A stretch of 64,000 bases of DNA from Selaginella moellendorffii. Its lineage: Eukaryota > Plantae > Lycopodiophyta. Below the pieces are notes generated by a model, which was not told where the DNA came from, made no database searches, and was given only the letters and a program-made list of their open reading frames with translations. Where the stretch lies: assembly GCF_000143415.4 (NCBI RefSeq), contig NW_003314279.1, forward strand, positions 1,633,476 to 1,697,475, read 5' to 3'. The position numbers were made by a program, and so were the translations under genes. Positions 51,753 to 64,000 of the stretch are shown here, piece after piece; within the stretch, counting starts at the first letter, position 1, and every line of letters begins with the position of its first letter.

Positions 51753-54700
51753 TCTTGTGCTAGACCATCGTTCTCATATGCAGTCCACACATCATCCCAA
51801 AAGGTAGCTGTCGCGTTGGATATTGCCAACCTCAAGCTCACTTTTCGACTTAGCGCATCTGCCATGATGTTGCTCTTCCCAGGCTTGTACAGAATCTCGC
51901 AATCAAACTCGGCCAAAGCATTGGCCCACCGACCTTGTTTTCCCCTCAGGTCGGGCTGTGACAAGAAGTGTTTCGTTGCCACATTGTCCGTGTAAACCTT
52001 GAAGTGTCTTCCAAGGTAGTGTCGCCACTCCTTGAGTGCCTTGACCACCACAAACAATTCCTTCTCATGGGCAAGCCACTTCCTTTGAGCCTTGTCCAAC
52101 TTCTTCCAGAAGAACGCTACTGGATGGTTGTCTTGCTTCAAAACTGCGCCTAACGCAAAGTCTAAAGCATCCGTTTCTACCTCAAAGTCCTTACCAAAGT
52201 CTGGTAACGCCAACACGGGAGCCTTCTTCAACTTCCCCTTGAGGTGGACGAATGCTGACTCGCATTTTGCTGTCCATACCATCTTCCCTTTTCCCGTTTG
52301 GTCCGTTAAGGGCAAGGTTACTCTCGAATAGTGTCTGATAAACTTTCGATAGTAATTGCATAGCCCCAAGAATGCCCTTCACTCGTGTACATTCGATGGT
52401 CGCTCCCAATCCTGGATCGCTTGGACCTTCTCAGGGTCCACCTTGAGCCCGTCCTTGCCCACCACGTGCCCGAGAAACTTTACCTCTTGCTGAGCAAAGT
52501 CACATTTGCTCTCTTTAGCATACAGCTGGTGTTCCCTTAATTTCTCAAACACCTTCATCAAGTGTTTGGCATGCTCTTCTAGTGTTTCGCTATAGATTAG
52601 GATGTCATCAATATAGACGACCACAAAGTGTTCTAGATAGGGTACAAAGATATGGTTCATCAACGCCGAAAATGTTGCCGGCGCATTGCATAGCCCGAAG
52701 GGCATCACCAAAAACTCGAAGCTCCCATACCTCGTTCGACAGGTTGTCTTCTCGACATCTTCCTCTGCTACTCTGATCTGGTAGTATCCTGACCTTAGGT
52801 CAATCCTCGAGAAGTATTTTGCCTTTCCCAACCTATCAAACAGGTCCTCAATCCTTGGCAAAGGGTACTTGTTCTTCTTTGTATATTTGTTGAACAACCG
52901 GTAGTCTATGCACATACGCATAGATCCATCTTTCTTTTTCACAAATAGCACCGGCGCCCCATACGGCAATTTGCTCAACCTAACATACCCTTTGTCCACC
53001 AACTCCTCTAGTTGGCGCTTGAGCTTCGCGAGTTCTTTTTTGTTCAAACGATAGGGTGGACGAACCACTGCCTCAGCACCCTCGACTAGCACAATCTTAT
53101 GTTCTATTGGTCGTGCGGGGGGCAACCCCGCCGGTAGCTCCTCCGGCATGGTATCCCGGAATTGGTCCAACACCCGCTGGATCACTAAAGGTACTTCTTC
53201 CGTTCCTGTCTTTTTGTCACTTCTCACCGAGAGTAAGCACAAAAATGCAGCCTTTGTCCCTTTAGTGAGTTGTCCTCTCGTGGACACAAGGTTTAGGCAC
53301 GAATCTTTGGCTTTGCATTGCCCTAACTTTAGATCCTGGGCCTCCACCCTGGATCTTCTTCCTTGGGCATTTGCTAGTACCACAAGGTTCCTACCTTGTT
53401 CATGCAGGGCTACCACGAACCGATTGAACCAATCCATCCCGAAGATCATGTCAAATCCCGCCATGTCCAACACAGTGAAATCCATGTCTACTTTCCAAGT
53501 CCCTACTTCGACTCTCGCTTGTCAAAGTAACTCATTGGTGCTTTGGCTACCTTGAACAAACTCTATAGTCCTTGGTTCGCCCAACCGCTGCACCGTTAGT
53601 CCGGCTTGCTGGACTATGTCTGCAGCCACAAAATTATCCGAAGCACCCGTGTCAATAAGGATCTTAACAAAGCTACCTTCGAGCTTCCCTCAGAGGGCTA
53701 GTAGATGTCGCAAACGACTCTCTACCAAAGTTGCTCATGTAATAAGTAGCTTTGATCTAGGGACTGGATCACATACCTCATTTTGGACTTCACCCGACTT
53801 GATGGCCATATTGGCTCTGGCCTTCTTCGGGTAGGGACATTCCCTCGAAAAGTGTCCGCTTCACTGCAGTTGTAGCATATGTTGTTTCCTACGCTGCTAA
53901 ACGACTTGACCTTTTTATCCGTGGGTTTGTCTCTTTTTGCTTGACTCCCCCATGTACTTGCTCGCTGGCCACCGGATTTGCCTTTCCGGAACCCCGAGGA
54001 CTCATTCTTAGATAAACTCTTCTTGAATTTCCCCTTGCTATATGTTCCCCTCGGTTTGGCCCCTTTGTGAAACGTGGACCCCGACCCCGTGGCGTTCCCT
54101 TTTCGCAGGTTATCGTTGAAATGCATCACCTCACCGCGAGCCCAGGTTTGCAAACCTGATATGAAGGCATGGAACGCATCCATATCCCCCATGTCCGTGA
54201 CAAGTATCCTCTTTGCCATGAACCCATTCACATACTCCTAGATGGTTCCAGTCTACTTTAGCCTACTCAGCTCATCTCTTAGATGCAGAGTGGCATTCGG
54301 AGGAACGTATGTTGTGCGGATCCTCGCCTTCATCATGTCCCAAGTGGCCACCGATCCTTCGTTGGCCTTCGTTGTTCTCCACCAAGACTTGGCATTATCT
54401 GCCAAGTATGGTTTTGCACATGGGACCTTCTCCGAGCTCGGTAATCGCAACGCTCGGAAGTAGTCCTTCATATCGTAAAACCAATCCTCCACCACCTTAT
54501 AGTCATTCACTCCCTTGAAGACCGGTGGGGGCTTTGGTTTGTACTTAGGAACTGCCTGAGGGACTGATTCTACTTCGGTCTGTTCGACCTTGTTTGGTTC
54601 TGCCTCAGTCCCTACTGAAGGGTCTGCACCTTTTGCGCTGCCAGCATCCGCAGTCTTTCGCTTTTTCTTCCGCTTCTCGTCACGCTTTAGTTTGCGTACT

Positions 54701-54924
54701 AGAGTCTCTAGCAGGGCATTGGTCTGTGCCAACTGTCCTTCTAGAACATTCAATCGAGCCTTGGACAACCGAACCTCGCCACCAGACTCCTGCTTGGAAG
54801 TTTCCTCACTGGAGTCATCCTCATGCAAGGATTCCTCATCCATAGCCTCTTGTTTGACCGGAGGCTCCAGCTCTGGCGGAGGTTTCGTCTCCGCCTTGGT
54901 TCGTTTGTGCCCCACCTTTGCCAT
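51753..54924 (-). pseudogene. Chromovirus gag, zinc knuckle, protease, RT and RNase H
   Basis: gag from ATG 54924; CYNC...GHFSREC (frameshifted); ILIDTGAS; [23 protein letters not shown]; VYIDD; VETDA; ADALSR. Several premature stops. Confidence 0.93.
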
Positions 54925-57387
54925 CTCCCAGCAATCCGCCTCTATCCTTCGCTAGAACTGAGGAAAAGGCTTCGATACCAAATTGTAAGCCACAAATTTT
55001 TCCTTTCCACTTTGCCAGCTTACCTCGTCTATCCGTCCAACACTGCTTTGGCTTTTGCTAAGTTCCCTTGCCAAGGTTCTTGCCTATGGTACCAGCTCCT
55101 ACTTGGTTTCAGCTACTCACTGCACGAGCAACGGAGTGTTAGCCATCCATCCACGGATTCCCAAATCACTCCCAATCCCCCTCCCCGGGTTAGACTGAAC
55201 TTAAGGTTCGGCTACACTCCCCGCAAGCACAAGCAGCCAAGCACACCAAGCTTCCAGGTTCCTAACATCTTGGTACCACAAGACTTGATCATGGGACCCT
55301 CTAAATCCCAAGTCTTGAGTGCAACACTTGCTTCGAGACGCCGGGGTGAAACACCGTGGCCTAGTGGCCCGGTATGGGTACCTCTACCCCCCCACTTCCA
55401 TCCCGAAGGAAGGCCCAAGCCCCTAGGAAGGGCAAGGACCAATGAGCCGCATGGTACTCAAGTGGGGCACCACTCCACATGAGCCGGGAGCACCGCAATT
55501 GGTTTCCCTTTCGGGAGTGGGAGCTGCTCTTGAGCACTTCCTTGGATGGCCCCTCCGGCACCAACCAAGTCCATGCTCACTCCCACCCAAGGCCCCTCGG
55601 TCCCAGTCTCAACCTCAAGTCGGTTTGGAAGCCCCATTGGAGAGTCCCTTCAAAACTGGTTCCTGGACCTCACTATCCCTACTATACTTTTGGAACCCCT
55701 GTGAGACACAAAATCCCTAGGCCCCAAAGTGGAGCCGGAAGGGCACCACGTGGTAGTGGCCGAAGCGAAATCCAAATGAGCGTAACACGTTTGGACCGAA
55801 AGCTCCGACTTGAAAAGTCAAGAGCGGGAGTGGAACTCCCAACGAAGGGCTCAAGGAATGAGCATGAAGCGAGCCATAGGCGAGGCTCCAAAAAGGGACC
55901 CGAAAGGACCAACACATGACACGTGGAAGTGTCTGAGATGGAGTCCGAGGCGGACCCGAGATGGAGTCCGAGATGGACACGAAGTGAAGTCCGATATGGA
56001 GTCCGAGATGGGACCCGAAGTGGAGTCCGATATGGAGTCCGAGATGGAGTCCGAGATGGACCCGAGATGGAGTCCGAGATGGAGTCCGAGATGGACCGAG
56101 ATGGAGTCCGAGATGGACCCGAGATGGAGTCCGAGATGGACCCGAGATGGAGGCCGAGATGGAGTCCGAGATGGACCCGAGATGGAGTCTGAGATGGAGT
56201 CCGAGATGGAGTCCGAGATGGACCCGAGATGGAGTCCGAGATGGACCCGAGACCGAGGCCGAAGCCGAGACCGAGACCGAGTCTGAGTCCGAAACCCGGA
56301 CTGAGACCGAGTCCGAGTCCGAGTTCGAGCCCGAGTCCGAGTCTGAATACTAATACAGGCAGTTGGGTGAAAGCCCAAAGCGATCGTCCCCCAGGGGGGG
56401 GGCTGTGGGGGGTTCCAAAAGTATAGTAGGGAGAGTGTGGGGGTTGGAGCCCAGTGGAGCCAATTTGGCCAGGAAAGGCTAGTTTGGCCCAGGAAGGGCC
56501 AGTTGGGCCTAGGAAGGCCAGACCCAGTGTTGGGTGATGAGCTGACCACTGGGAAGTCCAAGACTAGAGTGAACATGGACCGACAAGCGGGGTAGCTTGG
56601 TGAAGTGTTCAAGAGCCGGCTCTAGTTCTTCTGGGAGATCGACTGGCCGATGCTCCCAGTCCAAGTGTGGGTGGCACTACCTACTTGGATACCAGGCGTG
56701 GCTCAACGGAACCTCGCTCTAAGCCCATGGCTAGAGCACCCAAGGGCAGAAGGCGATGAGAGTACCCAGGTGGCTCGCGTAAGGCCACGGTGTTCCGAAA
56801 TGTTGCCCCAAAGGCCCAGACTGTGGAAAGGAAGAGGAGCAGTCCTCTGGGGTAGTGACCAAGGACACAGTCGTGTGGTGAGGAAGTCCCAGAGGACCGT
56901 GGGACTTAGTGGTCGGGCCTGTGGGTCTCGATCAAGTGGCAGTGTTGGCAAACACGGCCAGGGGCAGAAAGGGACTTAGTGGGGACTGACAGAGGGATAT
57001 TGGGGAAGGCTATTCCCCTTGTCGGTGGGCATCCTAAGGATGCTAAGGAGTGGATCTCAGATGACCACTCACGGATGGTTTGCCTAGTCTTGGAGAGCCA
57101 AGACTGTGATGCAAGTGGTAGACTACCAGTGTGGCAAAGGTGATTGGGCATGGCCTTAGCATAACGGGCTGCCATGTCGGTGGTACCTTTGAGTGTCGGT
57201 CATGGGATCGGACACGTGGAGCACTTGGACCAAGTGCAAATGTTGAGTGGCATGGATGCCATTCTCGGGGCTAGCAAGTCCCAAGTCCTGGATTGGACTT
57301 ATGGAGGTTGTGAATGAGACTCCTCCAAGTGGTCGGAGGTGTGGTTAAGTGACTAAAGTAGAATGGAAAATTTAGTCGCTTACAACT

Positions 57388-57399
57388 TGGTATCAGAGC
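57388..57399 (+). promoter_or_regulatory. Primer-binding site, initiator tRNA-Met
   Basis: TGGTATCAGAGC, 3 nt after the LTR end. Confidence 0.92.
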
Positions 57400-59933
57400 T
57401 GTTCCTTAGTCTGACTTTTATTGGTGCTCAAGTATATCACCATTGATGTTGGCATCAGAAGGTCCTAGGAGTGGGCCTATCCTTGAGGAGTAGCATGTCG
57501 AGAGGACATGGCTCTCCACTCAAGTTCATGCGTGAACTTGGGCACAATGTGGTGGATAGAAAAGGGGCCAATAATGGAACGACTTTGGGATCTTGGGAAT
57601 AGTGCAACGTTTTCCTCATTGAGTTGAGGAGGTGATCCAGATGAGCGTTTGACTCAGCAAACGGGCTAATGTAGTTGGGGTAAACAACTATAGTTGGGAT
57701 CACGGGGAAGATAGAGACTCCAAAAACAATAAAGGAGTCACAAGTTTATCCTCGCATGGTGGAGGCTGGTGCTCATGAAGGTGAGACCGGAATGGATGAC
57801 CGTGAGAGGTCAAGTATGGATGAGGACACGAGTCCTCGAAATGGTAGCCAGGGCTACCTCTAATAAATGCTGGAACAACCCAAGGAGTTGGGGGTGTATT
57901 AAGTGGATGAGTTGGTATTCTCATCACATGGACAAGTAGTCCTAAGGGGCAAAGGTTGCCCCCAGAGAACAAAATCAAGTGTCGGAGTAACACTTGTGAA
58001 AATAGTCCTTTTGAGTAGGACAGGAATGCAGGAAGTGTATTCCAGTGAGCTAGTGCCTCACAAATAGGACCTTACGAGTCTGTGGATTAACCAAGTCCAA
58101 AACTACTGGATGACTCAAGTAAAGTCAAGAGATGGTCCTAAAAGGACTGATGGAAGCATTTGGACTGAAGTGTGTTGTACCCCACAAAGGATGGGGGGGG
58201 GATCATAGGATCCAAGGATGAGAACAGAGGGTATCTCATCGATGGCAAAATGGGCCATGCTAAAGTCGTGGGAAAGGTGTTCCCAAAAAGAAAATAACTT
58301 TGACACAAAGTTGTGTGTGACCTCTATGATGCAGTGCTAACGAATGGTTGGCATGAGAAAGAGTGGTATTGGTCTTGGCAAAGACTTAGACACAAAGAAG
58401 AAGTGTCATAGAGGTAGGCTCGTGGAGCCGATGGTGTGGAGACACCAAATGTGCCAAGATGTGATACCTTGGGGCTATGTTGGTGGGTTCATGAGAACCC
58501 CTTGCCAAAGGAATCCCAATAGAAATGGGAATGGCATAGCCTAAGCTGCAGAACATGCAGTTGGAGTGTGGTGACCCAAATAATGATGGAGGTGTGGAAG
58601 CACCAGCAATGAGTTGTAGGACTTGACAACTATGAGGCAACTAAGCAAGAGGTGCAAAATAATTGGTTAAACGGGTAGAAGGTAGCTACCCAAGCCTTCT
58701 CAATGGCATAGGGAAGTTGGATATACCTTTACGGGGGATAAGTTGCTTATGTTGCGATATAGTAAGTCAATGTCATAAAAGGAAATACTCATTGTCAAGG
58801 AAGCCGTCATTGGGACACCCGAACACTCTAGAACACCAGGAGGTGGTGTTTGATGTCGCAAGGGCAGTAGATAAGGCCCAAGGGACTAAGTCCCTAGCGA
58901 ATGATGGATAGTAGGTGCTATCTAAATGTCCAAGGTGGCAGAGACAGGAAAAGACTGTCTACTCGAATTGGACAAAGCCAAAAATGGAATTTTGGCAAGG
59001 CTAGCGATGGGCGTGCAAAGGCTCGTAAGCAACAACGTAATCCCGGTGTGTGGGATTATAGGGTGAGCATACCTGGATTGAGGAACCACTCCCTAAGCTA
59101 TCGAGTAGGTTCATCCCTAAGAATACTTGCTAAGGCATGATAGAAAGTGCAAAGCTATCCTTCTGGTCTTGAGGAGAATGACCGAAGGAAAGGTGTGAAG
59201 CCAAAAGCAAGAAGTAAGGGGATAGAACCGAACCATAGGAATCGAAGGGCATAACCAAGGTTGGTTATGCCAACTGGGAGTGGAGAATCAAGTGGGGGCT
59301 CGAGGGTGTTGCCGCTAGCAACTGTGATGCCATGGAGAGTCTAAAATATGGAATTGTCCATGTTAAACTATATGGTAATTGGAAAGCTTGCAGAAAGGGG
59401 GGGGGCCTTAGCAAGCTAAGGACAGAGTTCCTTCAAGGTTCCCAAAGAGGATTCTAGGTAACTTAGTACCTAGAAAGACCAAGTGTAAATGGTTCATGGA
59501 ATGTGCGAAATCAGAGTGGCACAGCAGAAGCGTGGTATTGAAGCTTGCCATGAGGCAAGGCTATCAAGGTTAGGGAAGTAGTTCCCGAGTGTTCAAAGAG
59601 AGGGCTTTGAACGAACGTCGATGGTCAAGGACTTTCACGCTTATGCAGGAACCATGTTACAGTGGTCGGAGGACTTGCCAAGCGAGATTGGCAAGTCGGG
59701 GGAACAAATACCCTAGTTGAAGGTGATAACTTCAAAAAGGGTGGGCCACGGGGCCAAGCATGGAGGAGTCCATGCATGATCACAGACTTGTCAAGTGAGA
59801 GGACTTGGCAGTGTGGAGGAACTAGGTTCCTAAGCTGTGATCTGTAGCGCGCTTTAAATATAGGTTGGTGCACCGGCGTGGGGAGTCACGCCAGGCATCT
59901 GGTGTGATGCCATCCGTAGATGCATATATGGAA

Positions 59934-59979
59934 GTTGGGTTCGAGTCCCGACCCTCTAGTGCTTGGGTTCGAGTCCCAA
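59934..59979 (+). other. Twin tRNA T-arm / Pol III B-box-like hairpins
   Basis: GTTGGG-TTCGAGT-CCCGAC and TTGGG-TTCGAGT-CCCAA; also present reverse-complemented at about 3858-3903, 34795-34840 and 36245-36298. Confidence 0.7.
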
Positions 59980-62900
59980 ATCACTAGGGCGTGGTGATGG
60001 TTTGGAATATGAGGACACTCATATTTCGGTGGTCATGGACTCTCAGTGTGGAGACTGGTTTGGGCACACCACCAAGCGAGGGATGCCTCGGAGTCGTGAT
60101 GCATGGTTAGATTGCTTAGTGTGGCTCAGCATATCTAACTTGAACACTTTGGTGCCAGTGGCACCAAGGACGTGGTGAATGAGATGGGGACACCCAGTCT
60201 CAGTTGCTATGGACCCTTGGCCGGAAGGGCTAGCTTGGGCGCACCGCCAAGTGTGGGGGATGCCCCCGGGGTCATAGTTAACAAATTAAAGGTCTGGAAG
60301 ACCTAGTACCTATTGGCAAACCTGTTAAGGTGCCGAGGTGAGATCACTAGGTGATCTTGTGGCTAAATAAGGACAAGGTCCTTGTTTGGGTTAAGGAATA
60401 AGGTTCCTAGTTCAAAGTGTTGATTTGAACTATTGATGATGGTGTGGCTTGGTCAAGGTGACCAAGTGGGAAAAGCACCTTAGGGAAGTGAGCTATGTTA
60501 TTGCGATGGCATAGTGTGTCCAAGGAAAGTAGTCTCTAAAGAGACCCATGGGAGGGTCATAAAGTTGGGCCATGAATAGAGCACACAGCAGAAAATGCTA
60601 AAGAGACTTACTAGGGGTGAACACCCTAGTCTTGGTAAAGCCGAGCCTTTGCTATGGAATCAAAAGAATACCTCAAGGAGGGAGGTAGAGATTCGGTGTT
60701 GCTTGGTGCAACAGTCAACGGATAGGAGCAAAAGAGAGTGGCCAAGATAGGGCCGTGGAATCCCTTGGAAGGAATCCAAGTGGCAAAGTTAGGCGAGGAA
60801 CACTAATGTGTTGGACGCTAACAAATTGCGGGAAAGGAAATGTGTTTCCAAGGATGGATTCCGAATTGCTCTGATTTGGCGAAAGTGGAAGCTCCAAGGG
60901 AGGGAGCGGTAAGGTAGCCAAATGATAGGGCGATGGACAGCCCTAGCACAAAGTATGATAAATGGAACTTAGTGCCCAAGGTGGCACGAAATAGAAGAGA
61001 GGATGATGGTGCCCTTGGGTAACAAACTTCCTAGGATGGGGAAGTGGAGTTGCACAATCTGTGCAATGCAAGGTGTTGGAGACACCCAGGAAATTGACTT
61101 CCAAAAGTCAAAAGAGTAAAAGTTCCAAGGTGCAAACGTTCAATAGCTGGAAATTGAGACTACTCGAGAAGGAGTAGTGGGATTGACTTAGAGAAGGGTC
61201 TCTAAGAGGTTTAGCGAGAACTAAACCAATAAAAGGAGAGAACCACTACATGTGGTCCAATCAGTCTCTAAGTTGGAGAGACTACCCTCCTTAGAGGATA
61301 GGCAAGGCATGGTGAGCCTTGGTGTCAAACCATTGAGGAATATGCAAAAGGCATGGTAAGCCTTCAATATCAAACCATTGACGAATATGGAGAAGGTATG
61401 GTGAGCCTTCAATGTCAAACCATTGACAAACATTGGCTAGGTGCCAAGGATGGAAATGGTGACACATGTGGGTGTTACTTTATAAAATGGTTTACCGTTC
61501 GATGAGGACATCGAACTTCATCTATGGGTGGTGGAGTTGTGAGACACAAAATCCCTAGGCCCCAAAGTGGAGCCGGAAGGGCGCCACGTGGTAGTGGCCG
61601 AAGCGAGAGCCAAATGAGCATAACACGTTTGGACCGAAAGCTCCGACTTGAAAAGTCAAGAGTGGGAGTGGAACTCCCAACGAAGGGCTTGAGGAATGAG
61701 CACGAAGCGAGCCATAGGCGAGGCTCCAAAAAGGGACCCGAAAGGACCAACACATGACACGTGGAAGTGTCTGAGATGGAGTCCAAGGCGGACCCGAGAT
61801 GGAGTCCGAGATGGACCCAAAGTGAAGTCCGATATGGAGTCCAAGATGGACCCGAGTTGGAGTCCGATATGGAGTCCGAGATGGGACCCGAAGTGGAGTC
61901 CGATATGGAGTCCGATATGGAGTCCGGGATGGAGTCCGAGATGGACCCGAGATGGAGGCCGAGATGGAGTCTGAGATGGAGTCCGAGATGGACCCGAGAT
62001 GGAGGCCGAGATGGAGTCCGAGATGGACCCGAGATGGAGTCCGAGATGGACCCGAGATGGAGTCCGAGATGGAGTCCGAGATGGACCCGAGATGGAGTCC
62101 GAGATGGACCCGAGATGGAGTCCGAGATGGACCCGAGATGGAGTCCGAGATGGACCCGAGACCGAGACCGAGACCGAGGCCGAAGCCGAGACCGAGACCG
62201 AGTCCGAGTTCGAAACCGGGACNNNNNNNNNNNNNNNNNNNNNNNNNNNNNNNNNNNNNNNNNNNNNNNNNNNNNNNNNNNNNNNNNNNNNNNNNNNNNN
62301 NNNNNNNNNNNNNNNNNNNNNNGGGGGGGGGGGGGGGCTCCAGGGGGTTCCCAAAGGTTTAGTAGGGAAAGTGTGGGGGTTGGAGCGACAAGGGACCCAG
62401 TTTGGCCAGGAAAGGCCAGTTTGGCCCAGAAAGGGCCAGTTGGGCCTAGGAAGGCCAGACCCAGTGTTGGGTGATGAGCTGACCACTGGGAAGTCCAAGA
62501 CTAGAGTGAACATGGACCGACAAGCGGGGTAGCTTGGTGAAGTGTTCAAGAGCCGGCTCTAGTTCCCCCGGGAGATCGACTGGCCGATGCTCCCAGTCCA
62601 AGTGTGGGTGGCACTACCTACTTGGATACCAGGCGTGGCTCAACGGAACCTCGCTCTAAGCCCATGGCTAGAGCACCCAAGGGCAGAAGGCGATGAGAGT
62701 ACCCAGGTGGCTCGCGTAAGGCCACGGTGTTCCGAAATGTTGCCCCAAAGGCCCAGACTGTGGAAAGGAAGAGGAGCAGTCCTCTGGGGTAGTGACCAAG
62801 GACACAATCATGTGGTGAGGAAGTCCCAGAGGACCGTGGGACTTAGTGGTCGGGCCTATGGGTCTTGATCAAGTGGCAATGTTGGCAAACACGGCCAGGG

Positions 62901-64000
62901 GCAGAAAGGGACTTAATGGGGACTGACAGAGGGATATTGGGGAAGGCTATTCCCCTTGTTGGTGGGCATCCTAAGGATGCTAAGGAGTGGATCTCAGATT
63001 ACCACTCACGGATGGTTTGCCTAGTCTTGGAGAGCCAAGACTGTGATGCAAGTGGTAGACTACCAGTGTGGCAAAGGTGATTGGGCATGGCCTTAGCATA
63101 ACAGGCTCCCATGTCGGTGGTACCTTTGAGTGTCGGTCATGGGATCGGACACGTGGAGCACTTGGACCAAGTGCAAATGTTGAGTGGCATGGATGCCATT
63201 CTCGGGGCTAGCAAGTCCCAAGTCCTGGATTGGACTTATGGAGGTTGTGAATGAGACTCCTCCAAGTGGTCGGAGGTGTGGTTAAGTGACTAAAGTAGAA
63301 TGGAAAATTTAGTCGCTTACAACCCCCTGCAGCCCCCCCCCCCCTGGGAGACGCACGCTTTGGGCTTTGGGCTTTCACCCTTTGACCCGTATTAGTATTT
63401 GGACTTAGTCTCTGGCTCGATCTCGGACTCGATTTCGGATCCGACTTCGGATTCGGTCTCGGACTCGATTTCGGGTTAAACCTCGAACTCGACCTCGGAC
63501 TCGGTCTCAGACCCGATTTCGGATCTCGGACTCGGTCTCAAACTCGGTCCCAGAGTCGGTCTTAGACTCGATTTTCGACTTGGTCCCATCTGATGAACTC
63601 TTTGTCATTTTGGTCATGCTTTCGGGATTCCTTTAGCCTACGACACCTCAGCGAGTTGGTTCCTTACACCTAGTTCCTCTGCACTACCAAGTCCTCTCAC
63701 TTGACAAGTCTGTGATCATGCATGGACTCCTCCATGCTCGGCCCCATGGGCTGCCCCTTTTTGAAGTTAGCACCTTCGACTAGGGATTTGTTCCCCTGAC
63801 TTGCCAATCTCACTTAGCAAGTCATCCGGCCACCGTAACATGGTTCATGCATAAGCATGACAGTCCTTAACCATCGACTTTCATTCAAAGCCCTCTCTTT
63901 GAACACTCGGGAACTACTTCCCCAACCTCGATAGCCTCGCCTCATGGCCAGCTTCAAGATCATGCTTCTGCTATGCCACTCTAATTTTGCACGTTTTAGA

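Larger units (their letters stand above)
55700..63321 (+). mobile_element. Intact non-autonomous LTR element (LARD copy C)
   Basis: 5' LTR 55700-57384 and 3' LTR 61538-63321, both TG...CA and highly similar. TSD ACCCC at 55695-55699 and 63322-63326. Purine-rich GGGTGGTGGAG before the 3' LTR. The 4.1 kb interior has no gag or pol. Confidence 0.95.
34952..63668 (-). mobile_element. Ty3/gypsy chromovirus, full length, with two nested insertions
   Basis: TSD CCTAG at 34947-34951 and 63669-63673. 5' LTR 63668-54984 (interrupted); 3' LTR from 34952 into the N-gap. PBS TGGTATCGAAGC at 54980-54969. Domain order gag-PR-RT-RH-INT-chromodomain. Confidence 0.95.
31611..64000 (-). mobile_element. LARD copy B (3' LTR 31611-33326; internal region 33327-34951, resuming at 63669 and running off the window)
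   Basis: LTR with TG...CA ends. The internal sequence GCTTAGGAA-CCTAG-TTCCTC is contiguous in copy A (about 4001-4020) but is split here by the chromovirus. Confidence 0.9.

Noticed and set aside
53722-53776. Possible third chromovirus intron between gag and protease (GTATGT...GGTAG)
   Set aside because: Splicing at the obvious AG does not keep the frame, and gag and protease are already in frame apart from point stops; unresolved.
59934-59979. tRNA genes
   Set aside because: Only T-arm-like hairpins; no acceptor stem, D-arm or anticodon arm could be built by eye.

Overview
Eukaryotic plant genomic DNA. The very short (about 45-60 bp) introns and gene content suggest a compact non-seed-plant genome such as Selaginella (inference). 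There are four N-gaps. Host genes form a minus-strand block at 9.6-19.1 kb: a truncated FtsH4-like pseudogene, a full-size ABCG/PDR transporter with two lesions beside a gap, and an internally deleted ELP3 pseudogene. The rest is mostly transposon. It includes a decayed Ty3/gypsy element (19.7-25.1 kb) whose pol is interrupted by several spliceosomal-type introns, two 5S-rRNA-bearing Cassandra-like TRIMs, and three copies of a non-coding LARD-type LTR element. A four-level nest occupies the right half: an old gypsy hosts a LARD, which hosts a chromovirus (34952-63668, TSD CCTAG, two introns in integrase). The chromovirus in turn hosts an intact LARD (55700-63321, TSD ACCCC) and a 13.7 kb TIR DNA transposon (38007-51752, TSD TCTT). 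The DNA transposon is the most unusual object. It carries a Sola-like DDD transposase and, divergently, a multi-exon gene that splices into a ParB-like + methyltransferase-like + acidic linker + FCP1/NIF HAD-phosphatase-like protein. About 25 copies of a 22-bp palindrome (ATGGCRTGWGGCCWCAYGCCAT) are scattered along it, mostly in introns and non-coding DNA.
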